Source of the DNA: a virus
IMG/VR virus record: IMGVR_UViG_3300023184_008416
Location: 97,916 to 161,915 of that record
Reading direction: 5' to 3' (one strand)
Length of the DNA: 64,000 nt
The notes beneath the pieces are model-generated. The model was not told the DNA's origin. It saw only the letters and a program-made list of their open reading frames with translations, and did no database searches. This document shows, piece after piece, positions 17,223 through 26,833 of the stretch. How positions within the stretch are numbered: position 1 is the first letter of the stretch; the number at the start of each line of letters is the position of its first letter. Both the position numbers and the translations under genes were made by a program.

Positions 17223-20200
17223 ATGGATTTACCTGACAAAGAACTTGACAAAAAAATTCGATCAATTTTCTTGAACATGCACAACGGCATGTTCCCGAGC
17301 AATGTGAAATTATTTGAAAAATTCGTAGACGAAAACACGGAAGTCGCACCATGGAACGAAATTGATCCAGACAAATCTGTGTATACTGAAGAATTTCAGG
17401 GTTTTAAACTCGTAAAAATGATAAAACGTTTAATAATCATTGCCCCAGATCCTGATGATGTTCCTGCATTTAAAAACACAAGCTTTGGCTCTGGAAAAGG
17501 AAAACCCGCGCTCGCAAGATTTGATAAGGGTTTCATTAATCTTAGTGGTAATAAAAAAAATTATTTAATTTTTAATGTAAAAGATCAACTTGCATCAACA
17601 CCTGATGATCGTGCAGCCTTTAACACAACTCAATTTATGAATCGAATGCCTTCAACACTGGTATCGTCAATGATGCCCTACGTTGACATAGAATTTGAAT
17701 ACGGCAATCCTCCCGGGTCTCTTAAGTCTGATTTTAAAAACAAGAATGAAAAACCGCCAGGTCTACTGAGATATCTACTCCAGGGTAACGAACTAGGATC
17801 TTTTGACAGATTGATATTACAAAACAGCACGATTTTCCCACCGACCGATTCAACTGCAAACATACGTAGTTATTCCGGAATGGAAACTTTTCTTAAGCCC
17901 GTGACTCTTGCAGATCCTAATTCATCTGGTCCTGATTCTTTGGATCCCTTTGCACCATTTTTATCTGTTGATTCTTTTACGGTTACCAATGTATCGCAGG
18001 GTTCAGGAACTGGTGATCTTCAACGCAAGCGAGGTTCTTTGAATATTACTTTACATGATCGCTCAAGATTACCAGAAATCGCCGATCTAGTAAGACCTGA
18101 ATATATTTCTCAAATTAATGTATGGGTAACATACGGTTGGCGTTGTAATAAATACGGAACTGAGGGTGCTGTTTCTGAAAATGATGTTTATGAAAAATAT
18201 TCTGATTTTATTAATGGCAATTTTTTAGTTAAAGACTGTTTCTATGTCAGCAATTCGTCTTTTTCTTTTGAGGGAAATGGCATTAAGATTTCTTTGACTC
18301 TGACTTGCAGAGGGGGAACGGAATCAGAATATCAATCAATTGATGTTGCCTTATTGGAAGACGCTCCTCTTCTTCGGTCGGAAGATTTAAGTAAAAATGG
18401 TGCAAAAGCGTCTCCAAATCTTCAAAGGATTCAAAACATTGCAACATTACTTGACAGGCTTCGAGCAGAAGAGAAGGGAATTTTAGATTCCCTTGAACGT
18501 TCAAAGAAAAATACGTCGATACTCGGATCTGATATCATTCATAACTTAGATGATTATCCAAATTATGCAGCTATTGACAAAAAAGAATTAAGTTCAAAAC
18601 TCGAAGAGATTGAAAATAAATTAAAAGTAAGTCTTGGCGATGAGTTTAAGTCACAGGGTCAACAATTTATGAAAGATTTAAGGGAGTTGTTGCAACAAAA
18701 TCAACAAAATAACAATAACTACACCAAAGAAACAGAATTATATGAAGGTCTTACTTCTAGGGTTCAAAAAGTTTTTAAGAAATTAAAAGAAAAAAATGAT
18801 GTGTTCATGATTAGCGGTTGGGCTCAACAAACAGGTGCAGCATATGCAGTACCAGATAAAATCAAGGCAGCGGGTGTACCACTTACTCTTAATAATGCTA
18901 AAATACCTGTAAATAATTTTATGTCTTACGGACATATTTTTTCATCAATTGTCGTCGGTGCTGCACTAAAAACACCAAATGTGAGAGAAGTACAGGTGCT
19001 TTTTTATCCAATGAATCCAACATTTAAAAACAATGATCCTCATTATAAAGAACCACAAAATTTCAATATAAGTTCTTTCCCCTTGGAGACAGCTGTATTT
19101 CTTGACAAATACAGGCGTATGGAAATGCAAACTGGATTAAAAAACAACTTAAAAGTGGGCCACATTATCACGATATTAAAACAAATGGTAGAAGACCCCG
19201 CAGCAATACCTTATGATCTGCGTCAATATCTTGAACCTTACGATGCCGAACGCAAAGAAACGGACAAAAAAGACGGACCGTCTTGGCAGAAAACCCTCAA
19301 TGCTGAAGGGAAACTGGCAAAAGCAAGGTACGAAGAGACAATCATAAAGCCTGAAATTAGTGTTGAAATTGAGAGTTATATGATTGACACTGGTGAAATC
19401 ACGGGAGTTCTTAACAACGGATCTGTTGACTTGCTGACACACTTTGAAAAAACGGCGGCTGATTATCGAAGAACGGGTGATGGTCTTGGATTAGGATTAA
19501 GATTTATTGTTTCTGACAAAAGCAGGGGACGTTCTCAATTTAATGAAAAGGGTTTACTACAACAAATCAAACAGTCTAAATCAGAAGACAGAGGCAAGTT
19601 ACTTGATCAAACATTAAATGAAATAAACAGTAGTTTAGAAAGACTAAAAATTTTATCCGGAGATCAAAACAACGGTTCCTCGGTCATAATGATGGACCCT
19701 CAACAGGTTTATAATGATAAAACAAAATCAACAGGCGCTCAATTAAACAAAGATCCCAGTGCAAGGGCAACAGTCTTAAGTGAATATGTCAAATTAATCT
19801 TGAATGGCGGAGTTTCTCAACATCCACCCATGGCAATTTTTAATTCTCCGTCAACTCGATTTGTCAAAGAATTGATATCAATGGGTTATCCAACGATTGT
19901 TTATGGTTCTCAAGGATCGGTGATTAAAACGATTTCAGGAGGTTCCAAGATTAATCCCCTGATCGGCGCGTCTAATATGTACGAAAGTACGACAAAACCG
20001 GGACAACCTCTGGCTTCGTCTGGAAAGAACGGCATACCCGTACAAGTTCAGCCTGGAGAAATTAATGTCACTTGTCTTGGGTGTCCCTTGGTTCGGTACG
20101 GACAATTTTTCTTTATTGACATGGGAACAAACACCCAAACCGATAACGTTTACATAGCCACAGGAGTTACACACAATTTTACACCCGGCGCTTTTGAGAC

Positions 20201-20297
20201 CCAAATCAAGTTCTCACCATACAATAGATATAACGCATTGCAAGGTCCCAGAGAAATAATCGACTTGTTGGATCAGGTACAACAATATCAAAATTGA
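17223..20297 (+). CDS. Baseplate hub-like protein (gp27/gpD family, 1024 aa)
   Basis: Follows the LysM wedge; C-terminal INVTCLGCPLVRYGQFFFID...NVYIATGVTHNFTPGAFETQIKF is typical of hub proteins. Confidence 0.55.
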   Translation: MDLPDKELDKKIRSIFLNMHNGMFPSNVKLFEKFVDENTEVAPWNEIDPDKSVYTEEFQGFKLVKMIKRLIIIAPDPDDVPAFKNTSFGSGKGKPALARFDKGFINLSGNKKNYLIFNVKDQLASTPDDRAAFNTTQFMNRMPSTLVSSMMPYVDIEFEYGNPPGSLKSDFKNKNEKPPGLLRYLLQGNELGSFDRLILQNSTIFPPTDSTANIRSYSGMETFLKPVTLADPNSSGPDSLDPFAPFLSVDSFTVTNVSQGSGTGDLQRKRGSLNITLHDRSRLPEIADLVRPEYISQINVWVTYGWRCNKYGTEGAVSENDVYEKYSDFINGNFLVKDCFYVSNSSFSFEGNGIKISLTLTCRGGTESEYQSIDVALLEDAPLLRSEDLSKNGAKASPNLQRIQNIATLLDRLRAEEKGILDSLERSKKNTSILGSDIIHNLDDYPNYAAIDKKELSSKLEEIENKLKVSLGDEFKSQGQQFMKDLRELLQQNQQNNNNYTKETELYEGLTSRVQKVFKKLKEKNDVFMISGWAQQTGAAYAVPDKIKAAGVPLTLNNAKIPVNNFMSYGHIFSSIVVGAALKTPNVREVQVLFYPMNPTFKNNDPHYKEPQNFNISSFPLETAVFLDKYRRMEMQTGLKNNLKVGHIITILKQMVEDPAAIPYDLRQYLEPYDAERKETDKKDGPSWQKTLNAEGKLAKARYEETIIKPEISVEIESYMIDTGEITGVLNNGSVDLLTHFEKTAADYRRTGDGLGLGLRFIVSDKSRGRSQFNEKGLLQQIKQSKSEDRGKLLDQTLNEINSSLERLKILSGDQNNGSSVIMMDPQQVYNDKTKSTGAQLNKDPSARATVLSEYVKLILNGGVSQHPPMAIFNSPSTRFVKELISMGYPTIVYGSQGSVIKTISGGSKINPLIGASNMYESTTKPGQPLASSGKNGIPVQVQPGEINVTCLGCPLVRYGQFFFIDMGTNTQTDNVYIATGVTHNFTPGAFETQIKFSPYNRYNALQGPREIIDLLDQVQQYQN

Positions 20298-20357
20298 ATT
20301 ATCTTCAGTGTAAAAACAACATGAACACACAGATTTCTTGTTATATCATTTGAATTA

Positions 20358-21563
20358 ATGTCTTTGATTCAAGACGTTTATCTGTGTCCCGATGTCACGG
20401 GTGTTCAGGGTTCAGGTTTGTTGATCTCCACAACGGGAACCTTCACACGTCTATCTCGGCGACCACCTGGAACGTGGTTTTTGCGGTCTGCCTTGCGACC
20501 CAACGATGATTCTCCAAACGTAAACACTGCGTTGCGTCTCGAGGCACGTGATTGTATCGCGGTGCCTTCGCCCAAATTTTCATCAACGCTGACTGGTATG
20601 CCACAAGGAACGTCACCACCGTGGCCCATGTTGATGCCGCGTCGTGAGTATCTGTCGTACATAAATTCAGTGATTGATTGTGTCAGAAGCAGTTTGAATC
20701 TCTCAGACAATTCATATTACTTGAATGCATGGTCTCAGGTGACTCATTTATTCACGTCAATGCAACGTTTGGTCGCTCCCAATCCGGTCATGTTTGATGA
20801 TCAATCGTGTCACGAAGCGGCTTCATTTCGTCCTCGTGGAGGAAAGTGCGACACCATTTCCTACAACAGATTCGGAACACGTACTGGTCGCTTGACCACG
20901 TCGTCAGGTCCACAGATCTTGACACTCAGGAAGGACCACAGAAAATTCTTGAGGTCTCGTTGGGGGGATAATGGTCTGTTATTATCGCTGGATTTTTCTG
21001 CCCTGGAGGTGAGGCTCCTGATGTCAGATATGGCCGGAATTGTGGTACAACAGGATCCGTACCTGGACCTGTCTGGCGCACTGATGGGTGAGTTAAACAG
21101 AGAAAAATCCAAGCTTGCTCTGATCTCAACAGTGTACGGATCAACAACCCACGGCCTGTCACAATCCCTCGGTGTCTCTCTGACTGAGGCCAAACACATT
21201 CACTCGACAATTGCTGAACGGTGTGGGGTGGGAGACCTGCTAAAAAGACTGCGATCAGAACACAACAAAAATGGCTTCATCAGAAATCGGTATGGGCGCC
21301 GGATAGAAACCCCAGATCCAGGCGATGGCCAACTTCTTAACTCTTACTTGCAATCTACTGGTGTCGACGTAGCGCTGCTTGGCTTTTCTGAAATAATCCG
21401 TAGGCTTAATTCCGACCATGCCGTCCCCGTCGCCCTGCTACATGACGCCCTGATTCTGGACACGACCCAAGAGTTTGCAGATAAAATTAGTGTTTCGTTG
21501 TCGATCCCAGTCCCAGGATTCATCGGCAAGTTTCCAATAAAGGTAAGTGCGTTCAACACTTGA
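20358..21563 (+). CDS. Minimal family A DNA polymerase (polymerase domain only)
   Basis: TRTGRL, motif A DFSALEVR, motif B REKSK...YG, LNSYLQST, motif C LLHDAL; 401 aa with no recognisable exonuclease motifs. Confidence 0.85.
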   Translation: MSLIQDVYLCPDVTGVQGSGLLISTTGTFTRLSRRPPGTWFLRSALRPNDDSPNVNTALRLEARDCIAVPSPKFSSTLTGMPQGTSPPWPMLMPRREYLSYINSVIDCVRSSLNLSDNSYYLNAWSQVTHLFTSMQRLVAPNPVMFDDQSCHEAASFRPRGGKCDTISYNRFGTRTGRLTTSSGPQILTLRKDHRKFLRSRWGDNGLLLSLDFSALEVRLLMSDMAGIVVQQDPYLDLSGALMGELNREKSKLALISTVYGSTTHGLSQSLGVSLTEAKHIHSTIAERCGVGDLLKRLRSEHNKNGFIRNRYGRRIETPDPGDGQLLNSYLQSTGVDVALLGFSEIIRRLNSDHAVPVALLHDALILDTTQEFADKISVSLSIPVPGFIGKFPIKVSAFNT

Positions 21564-21595
21564 ACTTTTCTATTTTAAGATAATAAAGTCGATCC

Positions 21596-22189
21596 ATGAG
21601 TTTAACACCTGAACAAATTGAAGAGAATTGGAAGAAGTATTATGGTTTGTGCCAAAAAACTTTAGGAGACAGGTCAGCAGCCGCGACAGCAATGTTGGAC
21701 GCCCTGGAAGACAGGTTGGCTGTTTGTCCTGCTTCTGGAAAGGTAGAATTCCACAATGCATTTTTAGGGGGATTGGTAGAACACTCTTTAAGGGTTCTGT
21801 CAAACGCTTTCACCCTGGTCAAAGCATTTGGGTGGGATGTACCAAAGGATTCTTTGGTAATTGGAGCACTTTTTCATGACCTCGGAAAAGTAGGTGATGA
21901 TAAAGATGATTATTACGTAGCACAGGATTCTGATTGGCATCGTGAGAAATTGGGAGAGATGTACAAGCACAATAAAGAGATTCGTTACATGACAGTACCC
22001 GATCGTGGTGTCTGGTTGTGTCAGCACTACGGTCTTCGTCTCACTCATGATGAATATTTGGCTATCAAGCTTAATGACGGTTGGGTTCTGCAAGAGAACA
22101 AACAATATTGTCTCAAGGAACCAAAGCTCGCTCACGTCATTATGACTGCAGATTACATTGCTACGATGCAGGAGAAAGGACTTTTGTGA
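21596..22189 (+). CDS. HD-domain phosphohydrolase
   Basis: PAS...HNAFLGGLVEHSL, ALFHDLGK, MTAD. Confidence 0.85.
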   Translation: MSLTPEQIEENWKKYYGLCQKTLGDRSAAATAMLDALEDRLAVCPASGKVEFHNAFLGGLVEHSLRVLSNAFTLVKAFGWDVPKDSLVIGALFHDLGKVGDDKDDYYVAQDSDWHREKLGEMYKHNKEIRYMTVPDRGVWLCQHYGLRLTHDEYLAIKLNDGWVLQENKQYCLKEPKLAHVIMTADYIATMQEKGLL

Positions 22190-22209
22190 TCCCTTGATAC
22201 TTAGGGAAC

Positions 22210-22410
22210 ATGGACGTTAACACACTAAAAAATTACATTGTTGAGATTTTACAAGATATCGCTTTAGATGAAGCAATGGTGGTAGGAGGAGCTGGCGGAG
22301 TACCTCAAATACAAGGTTTTAGTGGACCTTTATCTGGTCCTCCACTACCAAAACTTGCATCTAAAACCAAAAAGCGTGCAAAATCAAAAAAGAAAAAGAA
22401 ATCTCAATAA
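22210..22410 (+). CDS. Small basic late protein
   Basis: ATACTTA 6 nt upstream; LKNYIVEIL leader; Lys-rich tail. Confidence 0.55.
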   Translation: MDVNTLKNYIVEILQDIALDEAMVVGGAGGVPQIQGFSGPLSGPPLPKLASKTKKRAKSKKKKKSQ

Positions 22411-22517
22411 AACTTAAAAGATTATTGTGTGAAACACAACGCACCGTGAGGATTAGAATTTAATTACTGATCACAAATTACTTTGAGATCGTTTATTAAA
22501 AAGGAAAGAGGAAATTT

Positions 22518-23348
22518 ATGGCTATTGATCTAGAGGCGATTCGTCGTAAGGTTGCAGAGCTCAACGGAACTGCAAATAAGAGAATGTCAAATGTCCAACT
22601 GTGGAAGCCCACAGTGGGAGAATATCGTGTTAGGTGTCTACCTTGGAAGAATACTCCAGAGGGCCAACCTTTCATGGAACGTTGGTTTTATTACATTGGA
22701 ACCAATCCTGGAATTCTGGCACCAAATCAGTTTGGAAAGCCAGACCCCATCAATGATTTGATGAAAAAGTTGTATTCTACAGGTAAGCCCGCCGATCGTG
22801 AGCAGGCTAAAAAGTTGCAGGCAAAAATGCGTTGTTATGCTCCTGTCATTGTCAGGGGTGAAGAGGACAAAGGAGTTCAGGTCTGGTCATTCGGTAAACT
22901 TGTGTATCAGCGATTGCTAAGCTTCTTCATTGATTCTGAGATTGGCGACATTCTGTCGCCTACGGATGGATTTGATCTGGTTGTTAAGATGTCTCAGCCT
23001 CCTGGCAAGCAATTTATGGATACGACTGTTGACGCAGCTCGTAGATCTTCCAAATTGTCAGATACTTCTGAACAGGCGCAGAAGTGGTTGGATGGAATTC
23101 CAAATATTGATGACATGTATCGTCTTAAGTCAACAGAGGAGATCACATCAGTTCTCAATTCTTGGATCAATGGTGATTCTGCCCCAGAGGTTGTTTCCCC
23201 CGGTCCTGGAACGTCCAAGGGTTCGGTAAAGACAGATGCGTTAGATGATCTGGTTGCCGAGGTAAAGACGACAGCACCAAAGGTAAAGAAGGAAGACGGT
23301 AAGTCTAAGAAATCTTTAGATGAAGCATTTGATGATCTTATGAGCTAA
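22518..23348 (+). CDS. Single-stranded DNA-binding protein (T4 gp32-like)
   Basis: LWKP..G...VRCLP, PVIVRGEEDKGV..WSFGK, G.D, acidic C-terminal tail LDEAFDDLMS; adjacent to recA. Confidence 0.8.
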   Translation: MAIDLEAIRRKVAELNGTANKRMSNVQLWKPTVGEYRVRCLPWKNTPEGQPFMERWFYYIGTNPGILAPNQFGKPDPINDLMKKLYSTGKPADREQAKKLQAKMRCYAPVIVRGEEDKGVQVWSFGKLVYQRLLSFFIDSEIGDILSPTDGFDLVVKMSQPPGKQFMDTTVDAARRSSKLSDTSEQAQKWLDGIPNIDDMYRLKSTEEITSVLNSWINGDSAPEVVSPGPGTSKGSVKTDALDDLVAEVKTTAPKVKKEDGKSKKSLDEAFDDLMS

Positions 23349-23369
23349 TTTAGTTTACAATAATCTGTG

Positions 23370-23412
23370 ATCGCCGGGGCATAAATTAATTGATTAGCTC
23401 CGGCGATTTTTT
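23370..23412 (+). terminator. Rho-independent terminator
   Basis: ATCGCCGGGGC...GCTCCGGCGAT stem followed by a T-run. Confidence 0.75.
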
Positions 23413-23451
23413 ATTTGTCACATGAACCCCTAATGCTGTAGGATAGCGAAC

Positions 23452-24633
23452 ATGGCACGCAAGTTAAACGAAATCACAACAACACAAACCAAATCTCCCG
23501 CTGATGATATTGCTTCACAACTCATCAAAGATTTAAATAAAACATTTGGAACCAGGGTTGCATATAACCTCAGTGAAGATGAAGCTCCCACGGTCGTGAA
23601 GCGTTGGATTGATACAGGCTCAATTCAACTTGATTATGCAATCAGAAACAGCACCGATGGTGGTTACCCAGAAGGAAGAATCATAGAAATTTCAGGCCTA
23701 CCATCATCAGGAAAATCTCACCTCGCTTATCATGCAGCTGCAGTAACACAAAAGTTAGGTGGGTTAGTCGTCTATGTAGACACAGAAAATGCGACTCCTG
23801 TGCAGAAGCTGGCTAACATGGGGATTGATGTTGCGCATAGATTTGTTTATTGCGACACACACTGTACAGAAGAAGTTTTTGCTATCATTGAGTCGACGAT
23901 TCTTAAAGCAAAACAAATCATTGATAAAAACGTTCCAATCTTGGTCATCTGGGACTCTGTGGCAGCGACTTCTCCCAAGGCCGAGTTGGAAGGCGAGTAT
24001 GATCAGAATTCCATGGGTCTGCAGGCTCGAGTCATTTCAAAGGGCATGCGTAAAATTACGGGTGTCATCGGGCAGAATAACGTCACCCTGCTCTGTTTGA
24101 ATCAAATTCGTGATAATATTGGAGTGATGCATGGAGATCCATTGACCACCCCTGGTGGCCGTGCGATTCCCTTTCATGCTTCAGTTAGAATTCGTTTGGG
24201 TTCTGGTAGTCCTGTCAAAGACAAGGCTGGCAATATCATTGGCATTCATACGACTGTGACGATTAAGAAAAATAAGGTCGCTGCACCCTTTCGTAAGTGT
24301 GAGTTTGATATTATCTTTGGGAAGGGTATTGTCGAGGATGAATATCTTTTTGATGAAGTCCGGTCACATTGCAAAGAATCAGGTCCTGTTAAACGAGGAG
24401 GCAAAGACATTAATATTTCCGGCGAAGGTGCATGGAAAGAGTTGGTTGTCACCGACACAAAAACGGGTGAAGTGTTGCTTGAAAAGAAATTTTATAAATC
24501 GGAATTTGGAGAAATGTTAAAGGATGACAAGTACAGGGAATACATAATGTCAGCAATTGATTCAGCACTCACTTTGGTCGGAGGTGAACCATCCGGTGAA
24601 GGCGACGGCGAAGGAGAAACAAGCGATGAGTAA
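23452..24633 (+). CDS. recA: RecA/UvsX recombinase
   Basis: TGSIQLD, GRIIEISGLPSSGKS (Walker A), IWDSVAA, LQAR, NQIR, TPGGRAIPFHASVRI, KNKVAAPF. Confidence 0.95.
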   Translation: MARKLNEITTTQTKSPADDIASQLIKDLNKTFGTRVAYNLSEDEAPTVVKRWIDTGSIQLDYAIRNSTDGGYPEGRIIEISGLPSSGKSHLAYHAAAVTQKLGGLVVYVDTENATPVQKLANMGIDVAHRFVYCDTHCTEEVFAIIESTILKAKQIIDKNVPILVIWDSVAATSPKAELEGEYDQNSMGLQARVISKGMRKITGVIGQNNVTLLCLNQIRDNIGVMHGDPLTTPGGRAIPFHASVRIRLGSGSPVKDKAGNIIGIHTTVTIKKNKVAAPFRKCEFDIIFGKGIVEDEYLFDEVRSHCKESGPVKRGGKDINISGEGAWKELVVTDTKTGEVLLEKKFYKSEFGEMLKDDKYREYIMSAIDSALTLVGGEPSGEGDGEGETSDE

Positions 24634-25081
24634 TTTGAATGAAGCAGCAAATCCTGTATGGGTCAAATATGTTGCATGTGAAGGTGTTACAGTCCCTAAG
24701 TATCAGACTTTAGGTTCCGCGGGGTGTGACTTGCATTCGACAGAAGAGTGTATCGTAAGAGCTAGCGATAGGAGAGTCGTCAACACCGGATTGAGACTGG
24801 AGTTACCTTCAGGTTACCAAGCTCAAGTTTGTTCCAGATCTGGTTTGGCAGCCAAATACGGGATCATGGTTCTAAATGCGCCTGGAATTATTGATCAAGA
24901 CTTTACGGGGGAGATAAAAGTGATCTTGTTTAACTCAGGTAAGGAAGATTTTATTGTCAAAAAAGGCGATAGGATTGCACAACTTGTTTTCCTTCAAACA
25001 TATCAGGCTATCTTTCAGAAGTCAGACGAACTACCCGAAACAACCAGAGGTCATGGTGGATTTGGTAGTACAGGCGTCTGA
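24626..25081 (+). CDS. dut: Trimeric dUTPase
   Basis: SAGCDL, RSGLA, GIIDQDFTGE, RIAQL, RGHGGFGSTG; ATG 24626 overlaps the recA stop. Confidence 0.95.
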   Translation: MSNLNEAANPVWVKYVACEGVTVPKYQTLGSAGCDLHSTEECIVRASDRRVVNTGLRLELPSGYQAQVCSRSGLAAKYGIMVLNAPGIIDQDFTGEIKVILFNSGKEDFIVKKGDRIAQLVFLQTYQAIFQKSDELPETTRGHGGFGSTGV

Positions 25082-26031
25082 TGACAATTGACAAATCAAT
25101 TCTTATAATTGATGGATCAAACATGTTTATTAGGTGTTATAGCGCCTGCCCTGACATGTCATTACATGGTCACCAGGTCGGTGGAACGATAGGCTCTTTG
25201 AGGACATTACGTCGTCTTTTAAATGAATTGCAACCTTCAGCCTTGTATCTTGTTTGGGAGGGTGGAGGTTCGTCTCGACGAAAGAGTCTGTTTTCTGAGT
25301 ACAAAGAAAATCGTCGACCTGAAAAGCTGAATAGATTCTACGAAGATGATATTCCAGATTCAGACGACAATCGTCAACATCAGCTTGTGACTCTGATTAA
25401 TTTGGTTAGGTTTCTTCCAATTAGACAATTATATGTTTCTGACTGTGAGGGAGATGATGTCATTGCTTTTTTGTGCAGAGGACCACTACGAGGTTTAAAT
25501 AAAGTTATTGCATCTTCTGATAAAGACATGTATCAACTTTTAGATCCTTTGACGAGGACATACTCCTTTCACAAGAAACGTTATGTTACAACTCAAGACG
25601 TGTTAGAAGAATTTAGAATATCTTGTGTCAATTTTTCTCTGGCCAAATCACTGTGTGGTGATCCGTCAGACAACATACCCGGTGTTGAGGGATTAGGTTT
25701 TAGGACAGTGGCAAAAAAATTCCCGTTTTTGGGATCAGATAATCCAATTATTTTACAAGATATTTTTGATTATTGTCACTCACGCGCAAAAGAATCTATC
25801 ATTTATCGTCGAGTTTTGGAACACCGTGACGAGGTGGAAAGAAATTGGCGTTTAATTCACCTAGATGTTACATCGCTTGCTCCAGAGCAAATAAAACGTA
25901 TTGAAACACAACTTAGTACATCAATACCCAAGGGGGATAGGATGTCACTAATTCGAGGTCTGGTTCAAGAGGGAATCGGAGATTTTGATGTTGAATCAAT
26001 GTTCTACGCTTTTAACTGTCTAGAACGATAG
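25081..26031 (+). CDS. 5'-3' exonuclease / flap endonuclease (T4 RNase H-like)
   Basis: IIDGSN, EYKENR, EGDDVI, SSDKD..QL, GDPSDNIPGV.G.G. Confidence 0.92.
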   Translation: MTIDKSILIIDGSNMFIRCYSACPDMSLHGHQVGGTIGSLRTLRRLLNELQPSALYLVWEGGGSSRRKSLFSEYKENRRPEKLNRFYEDDIPDSDDNRQHQLVTLINLVRFLPIRQLYVSDCEGDDVIAFLCRGPLRGLNKVIASSDKDMYQLLDPLTRTYSFHKKRYVTTQDVLEEFRISCVNFSLAKSLCGDPSDNIPGVEGLGFRTVAKKFPFLGSDNPIILQDIFDYCHSRAKESIIYRRVLEHRDEVERNWRLIHLDVTSLAPEQIKRIETQLSTSIPKGDRMSLIRGLVQEGIGDFDVESMFYAFNCLER

Positions 26032-26038
26032 GAAAATC

Positions 26039-26833
26039 ATGTCAGAAATTACAGAATCTACAGGTCTTAACAAAGTCAACTTTGGAACCTATGGCAAACA
26101 CTTTCAAGAGTGTGTCATGGCGGGTCTGCTCACAGACAATAGATGGGCAGAGCAAATGATGGAAGTATTTGATACAGAATATTTTGAACTCAAATACCTT
26201 CGATTCTTGGCCGAGAAGTACTTTGCTTATTCTCGCAAATACAAGGTTTTTCCTACCTTACAACTTCTTGCAACAATTATTAGAGAGGATCTAAAGACGG
26301 GATCAGACGCTCTTTTGCGTGATCAGATCATCGATTATTTGACTCGAATCAGAGCCAATCCGATGACCAACGACATGCAATATGCCAAAGAAAAATCTCT
26401 TGATTTTTGCAAGAAACAAGCCTTGAAGCATGCGTTGGAAACTGCAGTGGATCAGATGCAGGCAGAAAAATACGAGTCAATCGTTGAGACCATTCGTCGA
26501 GCAGTCTCTGTTGGAACAGTCCCCGCAGTTGGACATGATTTTTTGAATGACATGGAGGCACGGTTCACTCGACAAAAAAGAGACACCATTCCAACTGGAT
26601 TGGCTGAACTTGACAAGAAAGAAATTTTTAACGGTGGTTCCGGTAAAGGAGAGCTGTACTGTGTGATTGGTTCAACCGGGGCAGGAAAGTGTAGTGTACG
26701 TGATACTTATATTCACGTCAGATACACAACAATCAAAATCAATGGAAAATCCTACAAGCCTTGGGACAAGATCAGAACCCAAAGAGGCGAAATTTTTGTA
26801 AGAGACATCGTCAAATCAGACGAGCTCCTGTAA
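26039..26833 (+). CDS. dnaB: Replicative helicase DnaB/gp41, N-terminal fragment + split intein N part (IntN, aa 218-264)
   Basis: IPTGLAELD...GEL..VIGSTGAGK then CSVRDTYIHVR (intein block A, Cys codon at 26690), stop 47 aa later. Confidence 0.9.
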   Translation: MSEITESTGLNKVNFGTYGKHFQECVMAGLLTDNRWAEQMMEVFDTEYFELKYLRFLAEKYFAYSRKYKVFPTLQLLATIIREDLKTGSDALLRDQIIDYLTRIRANPMTNDMQYAKEKSLDFCKKQALKHALETAVDQMQAEKYESIVETIRRAVSVGTVPAVGHDFLNDMEARFTRQKRDTIPTGLAELDKKEIFNGGSGKGELYCVIGSTGAGKCSVRDTYIHVRYTTIKINGKSYKPWDKIRTQRGEIFVRDIVKSDELL

